Shown here in pieces: positions 28,737 through 37,339 of a stretch of 64,000 nt of DNA. The position numbers and the translations under genes were made by a program. The stretch lies in IMG/VR virus record IMGVR_UViG_3300042508_000910; one strand, given 5' to 3'. Below the pieces are notes generated by a model. It saw nothing but the letters and a program-made list of their open reading frames with translations, did no database searches and was not told where the DNA came from. Within the stretch, counting starts at the first letter, position 1. Every line of letters starts with the position of its first letter. Origin of the DNA: a virus.

Positions 28737-29959
28737 ATAATTTTTAATTGTGGCATAGGAATAATAAATTTTCCTTTATATTGTTTATTATTGTTTATAA
28801 TTGCTTCTGCCATATTCCATACAGAAATAATACAATAATCTGTAGGATTTTCATAAAAATAATCTCTATTAACTATAGGTATCTTCTTACTTGGAGAAAA
28901 TTTACCTTGTTTTAAGGGAGAATCATCAACAACATAGTCTATAATTGTAGCGTCTAGTTCAAAGAATTTGCTAAATAAGGCAAATTTAGCTGGACATCCA
29001 TAGCAAGAAATCCTGCCGCCTTTAGATTTGATATCTTTTATAAAACTTTGTAAATCATTCTTTAAAACATTTAATTTATGTAAAAAATCTTCATAAGTTT
29101 TATTTGAATATAGATTAAAATCTTTTTCATTTTGAACAAATTTTAGAACATTCTCTGATGTCTTATATATTTGATTCTGAATCTTTTTTGCATATATTCT
29201 AAATGATCCGCCTTGAGTATTTACTCTTTTTATATCAAAAATTTCCATTTTATAAGAAGCTAAATACTTAATTAATGGTATAATGCCATAATATTGCAAA
29301 TGCTCATGATAAACTTGATCAAAATATAAACCCTTTATTGTATCATAAAGATATGCATTTTCAAAAATAAATACCCCATCATCTGCTAAACAATGGACTA
29401 TCCCATCCATCATAGAATCTAACTGGTCAACATGTGCAAATACATTATTCGCACAGATAATATCTATTGCTCCGAATTTATTTTTAATTTTAGTTGCGCT
29501 TTCAATATTGAAAAAATCTGTTATAATATTAGCATTTTGAATTGATTTCGCTCTTTCAGATATGTTTTCTGCTGGATCAATTCCTATTAGCTTGCCAAAT
29601 TTAATATTATCAAACTCCTTCAAGAGGATTCCGTCATTTGAACCTATTTCTAATATATTAGCATCATTTTTATAAAAACGACTTTTGATATCTTCGGCAT
29701 ATTCACTAAAATGTTTTATGAGAGATGGTGAATCTGAGCTTGAGTATAAATAATTAGAGAATAATATCTTTGGATCAATTGTTTCTTTTAATTGTACATG
29801 GCCACAGTTAGAACATTTTATAACAGTCAATGGATATAAATTTTCATTTTCATCTTGAGTTTTTGGATAAGAATTAGCTAAAGGACTTAATCCAAAATCG
29901 ATAACAGTTTGAACATGCTCTTCCTTGCAAAGACGGCAATTATTAATATTTTTGTACAT
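28733..29959 (-). CDS. NDP-sugar C-methyltransferase (TylCIII/EryBIII-like)
   Basis: CRLC...CSNCGHVQL, EIGSNDG, NNVFAH, YHEH, YGCPAK, DDSPLKQG. Confidence 0.9.
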   Translation of the reverse strand: MYKNINNCRLCKEEHVQTVIDFGLSPLANSYPKTQDENENLYPLTVIKCSNCGHVQLKETIDPKILFSNYLYSSSDSPSLIKHFSEYAEDIKSRFYKNDANILEIGSNDGILLKEFDNIKFGKLIGIDPAENISERAKSIQNANIITDFFNIESATKIKNKFGAIDIICANNVFAHVDQLDSMMDGIVHCLADDGVFIFENAYLYDTIKGLYFDQVYHEHLQYYGIIPLIKYLASYKMEIFDIKRVNTQGGSFRIYAKKIQNQIYKTSENVLKFVQNEKDFNLYSNKTYEDFLHKLNVLKNDLQSFIKDIKSKGGRISCYGCPAKFALFSKFFELDATIIDYVVDDSPLKQGKFSPSKKIPIVNRDYFYENPTDYCIISVWNMAEAIINNNKQYKGKFIIPMPQLKII

Positions 29960-30018
29960 ATTTAATGATATTATTAATTATTATATAATTTAAAATTTCT
30001 ATTTTCAATTAAAATATC

Positions 30019-30846
30019 TTATCTAATATTTTTATATAAATTATATATATCTAATTCAGAATTTATTACGGCTTGATGAGCGTATGGTTCTGCTCCAAGG
30101 TGTATGGAATATGCATATGAAGGCGAAAATGCATAAATTTTTATATTTTTATTATATATTTTGTAAGCTTTATCAAAAGCATCCTCTGGATGCAGAAACT
30201 TAAAATATTCTTCCCATTTGCTTTTAATAATTCTGCAAATATTTATAAGATCTTCTGTCTTATTTACTCTTGGTTGAAAATTATACCAATATCTACCTTT
30301 ATATATCTCTTGAGAAAGATCTGGCACTTCGATTTCGTGACGAATAAACCACTCCACAGGATCTGTTGGTATTTCATTGTGGCTAAGTCTTAAAAAATGT
30401 ATTCCTTCTAGATTTGGATCATTTTCTAATTCAGAAATACTTTTTTCTATATAAAAATCTAAAGAATGTTGTTTGATAATTATTGGCGAGTCGTCTTCTA
30501 GAACAAAAACGTATTTAGATAATTTTGAAGAATTTTCTATAAAAAAAGAACAGATATCATGTGCAATTCCGCCTATAAATTTTTGTCTATTAATATATCT
30601 ATCATCATCTTGTATGTTATGGTTATCTTTTATGATAAATATTTGAAACCCATATCCTGAAAAAAAATTAATAATGTTATTTGCATTATCTAAATCATTT
30701 TCAAAAATCTTTAAACTGAGAAATTTATTCTTAAAGATCTTGTCTTCATTATTATTAAATAAATGACGTATTGTTATTTTATAGTCATCATATCTTCCAT
30801 ATCTATTTTTAGAGCTAATAAAGACGCAAAGATCAATATCAGACAT
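30019..30846 (-). CDS. Putative GT-A glycosyltransferase
   Basis: YVFVLEDD and SIHLG; inside the GT island. Confidence 0.5.
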   Translation of the reverse strand: MSDIDLCVFISSKNRYGRYDDYKITIRHLFNNNEDKIFKNKFLSLKIFENDLDNANNIINFFSGYGFQIFIIKDNHNIQDDDRYINRQKFIGGIAHDICSFFIENSSKLSKYVFVLEDDSPIIIKQHSLDFYIEKSISELENDPNLEGIHFLRLSHNEIPTDPVEWFIRHEIEVPDLSQEIYKGRYWYNFQPRVNKTEDLINICRIIKSKWEEYFKFLHPEDAFDKAYKIYNKNIKIYAFSPSYAYSIHLGAEPYAHQAVINSELDIYNLYKNIR

Positions 30847-30872
30847 TGTATGTTGCTCCTTTATTTAATGAT

Positions 30873-31658
30873 CTATTTTTCATCTTTATTGAGTACTGGC
30901 TTTGGTAAATTAAATTTAGAATAAAACTCTTCATTTAATTTTAATTTATCATTATCTTCATCCCAAGCGTAGGAACAAACTCCGTATCTTAAACTTTGAA
31001 AATTTAGTTTTCTTTTCAAATATTCTTTTGATCCAACCCAGCTATAATGTTTTGGAAATATTAAATTTTTTGGTATAGTTAAATGTGATCGATCAACATC
31101 CTTAGAATTATCATCAAAATCTACAAGGTCATCTTTATAAAAACTTTTTAGTCTTGGATTTTTCTTAGTAAACCATATTCTTGGAACAATAAAATCGTCT
31201 ACCCACGTATTATAATCTATACAATAATTTTTAAAATTAACTTTAAAATAATATACTAAATCATTATTTTTAATATACCTAATCATTTTCTTTATTTCAT
31301 TTAAATCCCAAATTTCATCAACATTTACCATTATTAAAAGATCAATGTCATATTTTTTTAATTCTAAGAAATTATTTGTCCACATCTGATATTCTTTCTG
31401 TGGTGTATCATATATGATCAAATCATCTATTATGCCTGATTCTTTTTGCTCTTTAATCAACTCCAATGTTCCATCTGTGGAATAAATTGGAAATCCTAAA
31501 TTATAAGTTTCTTCAAAACATCCGTGTCCAAAGCATATTTTAATATCTTCAATTTCTGGTATTATAGTTTTATCTTTCTTTAATTCATTCCAAGATAAGA
31601 AACACTTTTCTACTAGCTCCTTTGAATCATATCCTATAGATGATATTCCAATTTTCAT
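30873..31658 (-). CDS. Putative GT2-like glycosyltransferase
   Basis: STDGT, VNVDE, HYSW. Confidence 0.6.
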   Translation of the reverse strand: MKIGISSIGYDSKELVEKCFLSWNELKKDKTIIPEIEDIKICFGHGCFEETYNLGFPIYSTDGTLELIKEQKESGIIDDLIIYDTPQKEYQMWTNNFLELKKYDIDLLIMVNVDEIWDLNEIKKMIRYIKNNDLVYYFKVNFKNYCIDYNTWVDDFIVPRIWFTKKNPRLKSFYKDDLVDFDDNSKDVDRSHLTIPKNLIFPKHYSWVGSKEYLKRKLNFQSLRYGVCSYAWDEDNDKLKLNEEFYSKFNLPKPVLNKDEK

Positions 31659-32599
31659 ACAATTACATCCTTTACATTCCTATTATTGATAATAACTGCT
31701 TCGTGCGCCCTATCTTTAAGTTCTTTAGCAATTTTTGTAATCGTACCCTCAAACTCGAAATCAAAATTTGTTATAAATTTATCAGATGATATTGCGAAGT
31801 CATATACTTTAGAATGAAGTTTCTTATTAATATTTTCTTCTTTTGTTGGCTCACCATCTATAATGGATAATTTTACATCTTCAAAAACTTCGGCTACTTT
31901 TCTGCCAATTATATCTACTGTAGAATTAAAAGAGGCTAAATTATAAACTCCCCTTAAATCTCTTTCATTAAGAATTATTTTTTCAATAGCTCTGCATAAA
32001 TCGCCAATGTATAAAATTGGTCTTTTAATCATGGGATTGAACACTCTGATCTCTCCTTTTGTTATTGCACTATTTACCATCGAATTTATCATTATGTCGT
32101 TCCTAATATTTCGAGAAAATCCATTTACTGTACCAAATCTCAATCCATAATATTCAACATTATCAAATATTTTTGCATAATAGTCTATTTCGGCTTTTGA
32201 AAGATCGTAAAAACTTCCAGCGACATATTCTTGACATTCTTCAGTTACTACATTTCTATTAACGTTTCCATATACGCTTGAGCTACTAGCATAAATAAAC
32301 TTTTGATTAGGATTAATCTTTAAAAGAAGCTCTATAAAATATTCAACATTATTTTTAAATGCTCCTAACATATTATCTTCACACATTTTTACGCTTGAAT
32401 GTCCAGCAAGTAATACTATATCTGTAAACTGTGATAGATATTCTTTGCTCAAATCTTTAAAATTTATTCTAAAGTTTTTAATGTTAGGGTTACCAAATAT
32501 CTCTAAATCAACAGATTCAACATTGTATTTACCATTTAAATATGTAAAAAGACTACTTCCTATATAGCCACAACCACCAATAATTAATATTTTTTTCAT
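31655..32599 (-). CDS. NAD-dependent sugar epimerase/reductase (SDR)
   Basis: GGCGYIG, ASSSSVYG, YDLSK, LRFGTV. Confidence 0.85.
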   Translation of the reverse strand: MKKILIIGGCGYIGSSLFTYLNGKYNVESVDLEIFGNPNIKNFRINFKDLSKEYLSQFTDIVLLAGHSSVKMCEDNMLGAFKNNVEYFIELLLKINPNQKFIYASSSSVYGNVNRNVVTEECQEYVAGSFYDLSKAEIDYYAKIFDNVEYYGLRFGTVNGFSRNIRNDIMINSMVNSAITKGEIRVFNPMIKRPILYIGDLCRAIEKIILNERDLRGVYNLASFNSTVDIIGRKVAEVFEDVKLSIIDGEPTKEENINKKLHSKVYDFAISSDKFITNFDFEFEGTITKIAKELKDRAHEAVIINNRNVKDVIV

Positions 32600-33501
32600 T
32601 AAAATTTAAAGTAAAAGATGTCTTTCCAATTATTATATCCTTTATTTATTAAATCTAAAAGAATTTTTCTATCAATCATTGTTGTTTGTGGGATAGTAAT
32701 ATTATTATATACAACCTTCGCTATGCTTTCTTTATCAAGATATATTGGTAAACACTCTTCAAAATCTTCTTTCCAGCGTATCATCCATGGAATTCTGCCA
32801 TATTGAGGATCAAGTACTAGTCTTGGCAAACCTAATTGATAGGCGATATGACTTGGGCCATTACATGTAAATACTCCATAGACACTTTTAGTAAGATAAT
32901 CTAAAGAATCTTCAAAGGATGGATCTTCATGTATAAAAACATTTGGTGGAAAATTAATTGAAAAATCACCTAGATTATCAATTTTTTTATCCCAACTTTT
33001 TATCATAGGAAAATATATAATATATTGTGGTAGATATTCTGCTATAGATTTTAATAGGCCTGGAATATCATTATAAACATATCCTTCTGTGGTGCTACAT
33101 AAACCGCAATATATTATGTTTTCTTTTTTAGAAAAGTGTTTTGTTAATGTCTTAGTTTTTTTAATTAATTGAGGATTAAGGCCATAATCTTCATATTTAA
33201 ATGCTAAAGGATGTTTAAATAATAAATCTGGAACATTATATGTTATATCAGATCCATATTTGTTTTTTACTTCGTTTAAGATTAAATCATCTTTTAATAA
33301 TGCATTATCATTTGCATATTTTTCGTCTATTTGCTTTAATTCAAATTCATTTCCAAAAATATACCATAAAGGTTTATAAACATCATTTCGTGTTGATATT
33401 AGATTTTTATGAGGTATATTTTTTTGATTTAAAAGATATGAAATTTGAAGGGATAATATGCAATCTCCAAGTCCATGTCCACCGATATTAACTAATCTCA
33501 T
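32599..33501 (-). CDS. GT9-like glycosyltransferase
   Basis: GHGLGDCIL, TCNGPSHIAYQLGLP. Confidence 0.65.
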   Translation of the reverse strand: MRLVNIGGHGLGDCILSLQISYLLNQKNIPHKNLISTRNDVYKPLWYIFGNEFELKQIDEKYANDNALLKDDLILNEVKNKYGSDITYNVPDLLFKHPLAFKYEDYGLNPQLIKKTKTLTKHFSKKENIIYCGLCSTTEGYVYNDIPGLLKSIAEYLPQYIIYFPMIKSWDKKIDNLGDFSINFPPNVFIHEDPSFEDSLDYLTKSVYGVFTCNGPSHIAYQLGLPRLVLDPQYGRIPWMIRWKEDFEECLPIYLDKESIAKVVYNNITIPQTTMIDRKILLDLINKGYNNWKDIFYFKF

Positions 33502-34360
33502 ATTTCATGATACTTTCTTCCAAGGCTTCAACAATATGTCTCATATTAAAACCAGTCTTTAAGATCTTTGAATTGTCTAATACGCAATTTGATCTTGGTG
33601 TTTTTGCTGCTGTAGAATAAAAATCTTCATCATTATCAAAAAATATAAATTTCTTATTAGATATATATTTATTTATTAACTTTGCAACAAATTTTGTATC
33701 TATAGATCCTGTATTGGTTAGATTATATATTCCTGTTTCACATTCGCTCTCAGGCAAGTAAAAACATCCTTTAACAAATTCATCTGTGTGAGATAGCGAA
33801 TTGACAGCGTTCAATGCCTTTTCATAGTTTAATAATTTAGTTATATAGTTTTTCCTATTAGAGATTTCGTTAAATGGTATTCTTAATCTACATACATATA
33901 CTTTTTTGTCATTTTTTAAAAATTTTTCTGCTTCAGCTTTAACTCCGCTATAATAAGAGCATGGAAGCGAATCAAAGCAAAAATTTGGCTTATCTTCTTC
34001 TGTAAAACCTTTGCCATTATTGTCTCCATTATAAATACAGCCGCTTGATATATGTATCCATTTTAAATTAAGTTCATTTGCTATAATAGATATGTTTTGA
34101 GGTATTTTATAATTTTTGTCTTTACATTCTTCTTTATTTGTTTCACATCCATCTACATTAGGATATCCAGTATAACCAGCGCAATTTATAATTAGATCGG
34201 GCTTGATTTCTCTAGTAATCTTAAATAGATTATCTTTATCTAGCAGATCGCATTTTTCTCTATCAATCGATATAAAATCTATAGATCTGGTATTAAAATA
34301 ATTTTTGAAAGCTTGTCCAATATAACCTTTTGATCCCAATAAAACTATTTTATTAAGCAT
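33488..34360 (-). CDS. RmlD / NRS-ER-type NDP-4-keto-6-deoxyhexose (epimerase-)reductase
   Basis: GSKGYIG, NCAGYTGYPNVDGCE, SSGCIY, YSGVK, RLRIP, PRSNC. Confidence 0.85.
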   Translation of the reverse strand: MLNKIVLLGSKGYIGQAFKNYFNTRSIDFISIDREKCDLLDKDNLFKITREIKPDLIINCAGYTGYPNVDGCETNKEECKDKNYKIPQNISIIANELNLKWIHISSGCIYNGDNNGKGFTEEDKPNFCFDSLPCSYYSGVKAEAEKFLKNDKKVYVCRLRIPFNEISNRKNYITKLLNYEKALNAVNSLSHTDEFVKGCFYLPESECETGIYNLTNTGSIDTKFVAKLINKYISNKKFIFFDNDEDFYSTAAKTPRSNCVLDNSKILKTGFNMRHIVEALEESIMKYEIS

Positions 34361-34367
34361 AACATAT

Positions 34368-34396
34368 ATTATATGTTATATTTTAAAATATGTCAA
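34368..34396 (-). promoter_or_regulatory. Consensus sigma70 promoter heading the glycan island
   Basis: TTGACA-17-TATAAT, 7 nt before the ATG at 34360. Confidence 0.85.
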
Positions 34397-34695
34397 GATA
34401 AATTGTGTTCTTTTTTAGTAGACTCTGGAATAGCTGCAACAAATTCTGGACCTTTACTTTTGGCTTTACGATAAAGTTTTTTAATAAAAGCGTCATAACT
34501 CATACCTTTTTTCATGCGTCCAAAATTACTAATTGCATCGCGAACATCTTGTGGGCTTACTATTGGAAAAGAGCGATCTTCTGGAAAAAGGAAATCACTA
34601 TCTTTTAATTCGCTTCTTTTTGTGCCTTTATAAGTTTTTTGATAGGCTTCACTTAGAGTAATATCTAATTCGTATGATTTAACTTTTTTGTTCAT
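34393..34695 (-). CDS. Small phage protein (DUF6582-like module)
   Basis: RSELKDSDFLFPEDRSFPI...VRDAI. Confidence 0.5.
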   Translation of the reverse strand: MNKKVKSYELDITLSEAYQKTYKGTKRSELKDSDFLFPEDRSFPIVSPQDVRDAISNFGRMKKGMSYDAFIKKLYRKAKSKGPEFVAAIPESTKKEHNLS

Positions 34696-35131
34696 CTTTT
34701 TTTTCTTCGACTTTGACTTCTGTAACTGGTGCTTCTATTACTGGCTCTGCTGGTGCTGTAACAGCTGTATGAGTTGGTTCGACTATTGGTGCTTCTACTT
34801 TAATCTCTGGAGCAGGAGCTTCTATTTTTTGCTCTATTACAGGGCTAATATTTTGTACTTTTTCTTCAATTACTGGTTGCGATTTGGCTTGTTTTTCTGC
34901 TTCTTCTCTAGCTTTTTTGTCTTTAATCTCTTTAATTTTATCTGAAAAATCAATTTCGATGCCTTGTCTGTCTGCTTTTGCTTTCTTCTTTGGGGTATTA
35001 AATGTATTGAGACAGATTGCAACTTTTTGCTTTTGAGGTCTATTAGTGCGCTCCTCTTTGCTTAGAAAGTCCATGCAACGCCCCATATAATCATTCTGTT
35101 TTTCGTTGTCTTTTGGTTGGGGCATTGGCAT
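34679..35131 (-). CDS. Small phage protein with MPxPxP...RCM...QxxAIC module and E/A/P-rich tail
   Basis: Recurrent phage head-associated module; GTGTAA 10 nt upstream. Confidence 0.55.
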   Translation of the reverse strand: MPMPQPKDNEKQNDYMGRCMDFLSKEERTNRPQKQKVAICLNTFNTPKKKAKADRQGIEIDFSDKIKEIKDKKAREEAEKQAKSQPVIEEKVQNISPVIEQKIEAPAPEIKVEAPIVEPTHTAVTAPAEPVIEAPVTEVKVEEKKDEQKS

Positions 35132-35141
35132 ATACTATATA

Positions 35142-35167
35142 TTACACATGTTTTTAATAGAGTGTAA
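35142..35167. promoter_or_regulatory. Back-to-back GTGTAA putative late promoters
   Basis: TTACAC 35142-35147 and GTGTAA 35162-35167, 10 and 8 nt from divergent ATGs. Confidence 0.65.
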
Positions 35168-35175
35168 TTGAAAAT

Positions 35176-35250
35176 ATGAGTATTGCTTCTTGGTTAATCT
35201 GTGGTGCGGTTTTAATTTATATACTTTATTTAAAAGAGAGAATTAAATAA
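35176..35250 (+). CDS. 24-aa single-TM peptide MSIASWLICGAVLIYILYLKERIK (not in ORF track)
   Basis: GTGTAA 8 nt upstream; fills the intergenic gap exactly; hydrophobic helix plus basic tail. Confidence 0.5.
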   Translation: MSIASWLICGAVLIYILYLKERIK

Positions 35251-35970
35251 TTAATAAATTGCATACTTTGAGTTGAGATAATTTTCAATCTTTGTTATGT
35301 CTTCTGCAGATATCAAATTGTCATAAATAATAATTTCACTAACATAAACATTAGCAGGCTGACCTGTGCTTCCATCATTGCCAATGTATAAAGCTGATCG
35401 GCTAACAAATCCTTCACCATCTGATTCAGTTAAGTTGTTTTGTCCATTAAGCCTAAATTCATAGCTTATACCATCGTTTGATATACTGGCTATAACAGCC
35501 GCTGTATTTGCAGAGATTGTTGTGTTGGCTGGTATTTCTATACTAAAATAGCTTCCCCAAGTATTTCCTAAAACTGCACTATATAAGCTACCACCAGTAG
35601 CCTCAAGAATTGCGGCATACTGACTTGGCTGGGAGGCCAATGTTTTGATAACGGCATAAATTGTTTTAGCTGTGACAATATTTGTTCCATCAAGTCTTCC
35701 TCCATCAAACTTTATAGCTGGTTTACCGTTGATGACATTATTTTCGAAAACAGGGTTCGTTGTCGTAACAGAAAGATTATTGTTCTGACCACTTTGATCT
35801 GCCCATGCTGTTACATTTGAGCCAGAAAGAGAAACTCCAGCATCAGCTTTGAGCCAAAGTTTTAATCCATTAAGTGGGATTGGTAGTTCTGGTGTTGCTA
35901 TATTTTTAGGAATGTATAAATTTATTCCTCTCCTAAAAGAACCTAATTGTCTTGTACCTTTAACTATCAT
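35251..35970 (-). CDS. LamG/concanavalin-like virion protein
   Basis: LKLWLKADAG...WADQSG, INGKPAIKFDG, SEIIIYD...IENYLNSKY. Confidence 0.75.
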   Translation of the reverse strand: MIVKGTRQLGSFRRGINLYIPKNIATPELPIPLNGLKLWLKADAGVSLSGSNVTAWADQSGQNNNLSVTTTNPVFENNVINGKPAIKFDGGRLDGTNIVTAKTIYAVIKTLASQPSQYAAILEATGGSLYSAVLGNTWGSYFSIEIPANTTISANTAAVIASISNDGISYEFRLNGQNNLTESDGEGFVSRSALYIGNDGSTGQPANVYVSEIIIYDNLISAEDITKIENYLNSKYAIY

Positions 35971-35986
35971 TTAAGTAAATTACACC

Positions 35987-36262
35987 TTATTTATCGAGAT
36001 AATCTTTAATGTCTTTTATCAATTGTTTTCTTTTTCGGCGTTCTAGAGCGGTAATATAAAGAGCTAAAGAGATCGGAAAAAAGATCCTAAGAAAAAATCC
36101 CAAATGATGCTCTTTAGTAAGAAGATCAAAATGATTAAGGTAAAGATCGCTGAGTCCGTAAATTGTAAACAAAATAGCTGGAATAAAAACAATAAAAAAG
36201 AACTTCTCGTAATATTCAAGATTATTCCACCAATCTTTTAATTTTTTGATAATATCCAACAT
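35987..36262 (-). CDS. Small 2-TM membrane protein
   Basis: Two hydrophobic helices and a basic C-terminus. Confidence 0.55.
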   Translation of the reverse strand: MLDIIKKLKDWWNNLEYYEKFFFIVFIPAILFTIYGLSDLYLNHFDLLTKEHHLGFFLRIFFPISLALYITALERRKRKQLIKDIKDYLDK

Positions 36263-36423
36263 ATAAAGAAGATTACAGCCAAGACAGAGAACCAGAGAAT
36301 GTTTCTTTTCTTATTTTGCCTCTTATGATATTTCCAAAATTCAGCTATAAATTGTTCTGTATTATTACAAGATGGCGCTATTAATTTGACATCTCTTATT
36401 AATTTATTTACTCTCTTATCCAT
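36238..36423 (-). CDS. Small protein with C-terminal TM helix
   Basis: 61 aa, overlaps both neighbours in operon fashion. Confidence 0.5.
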   Translation of the reverse strand: MDKRVNKLIRDVKLIAPSCNNTEQFIAEFWKYHKRQNKKRNILWFSVLAVIFFICWILSKN

Positions 36424-36968
36424 GCTTTAGTTCTTTCTGCATCATCATCTATTAATATGCTATTGAAAACTATAGCTTTATATTTTTCTTCTATCCATTT
36501 GGTGATTCTTATTTGATATTCTGCTCTATTACCAGCAAGACCAACTGGCATTGTACCATAATTACTATCGTAAACCCAAAGCATACCTTTGTGCTCAAAA
36601 ACACAGATTGCATGTCCTCTATGTTGAGGTATGGAGACTTTATATTCTATTAGAGTTTTATCGAAAATAACTGAAACATTATTTAGCTCATCTGTATAGT
36701 GAAATTGAAAAGCAAAAATTTGAGCCCATGTATTTTCTTGAGATAATAGATAGTTGGCGTTAGATGCGAATACAACAGAATCAACAAAACAAGAATTAGG
36801 AATTTTTGATATGCTATGAGTCCTAGCTAAATTAAAACCTATATTAAGAAAGTAATAAGCAATAGCTATATTTATAATTAAAACTAAAGTTAGTTTACTT
36901 TTCCAACCGAACCAATTTAATATCCTTTTCAATACCAATAAGACTTTATTCTTAGGCTTTTCGTTCAA
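36408..36968 (-). CDS. Membrane-anchored transglutaminase/papain-fold protein
   Basis: N-terminal TM; NSCF...GHAICV...WVYDSN gives a Cys-His-Asp triad. Confidence 0.55.
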   Translation of the reverse strand: MNEKPKNKVLLVLKRILNWFGWKSKLTLVLIINIAIAYYFLNIGFNLARTHSISKIPNSCFVDSVVFASNANYLLSQENTWAQIFAFQFHYTDELNNVSVIFDKTLIEYKVSIPQHRGHAICVFEHKGMLWVYDSNYGTMPVGLAGNRAEYQIRITKWIEEKYKAIVFNSILIDDDAERTKAWIRE

Positions 36969-36969
36969 A

Positions 36970-37335
36970 CTATTTTGTTCTGTAATTGATCTCGTATGTT
37001 TTATTCTTTCTATTTAAGACTTTAAAGGCTGCCATAGATTCTTCTTTTATATCTTGCTCTGATATAATCCAAAATTTACACCAAGCTTCTTCTTCAATTG
37101 GTCCTTGTATAAGTTCGCATCTTGGTTGATCACCCTCTAAATAATAAAAAACACAATGATAGCATTCTTGGCCTTGATTTTTAAATGGGTTATTTGCTGA
37201 GTCTATATATTGAATACCATTTGCGCCTGATCCGCGATCAAAATAACCATATGTTTGAAGATTAGTTATAACTTTAAGATAAAGATCTTTTTGTCTTTCG
37301 TTAAGTTTTGGAAAGATTAAGCCTTCGTTTGCCAT
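36970..37335 (-). CDS. HiPIP-like 4-Cys protein
   Basis: CYHCVFY-x8-CELIQGPIEEEAWCKFW. Confidence 0.6.
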   Translation of the reverse strand: MANEGLIFPKLNERQKDLYLKVITNLQTYGYFDRGSGANGIQYIDSANNPFKNQGQECYHCVFYYLEGDQPRCELIQGPIEEEAWCKFWIISEQDIKEESMAAFKVLNRKNKTYEINYRTK

Positions 37336-37339
37336 AGAA

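Noticed and set aside
19443-34360. Bacterial O-antigen/capsule locus (host contamination)
   Set aside because: No wzx/wzy/wzm/wzt, similar AT-richness and promoter style to the flanks, and contiguous with phage genes.
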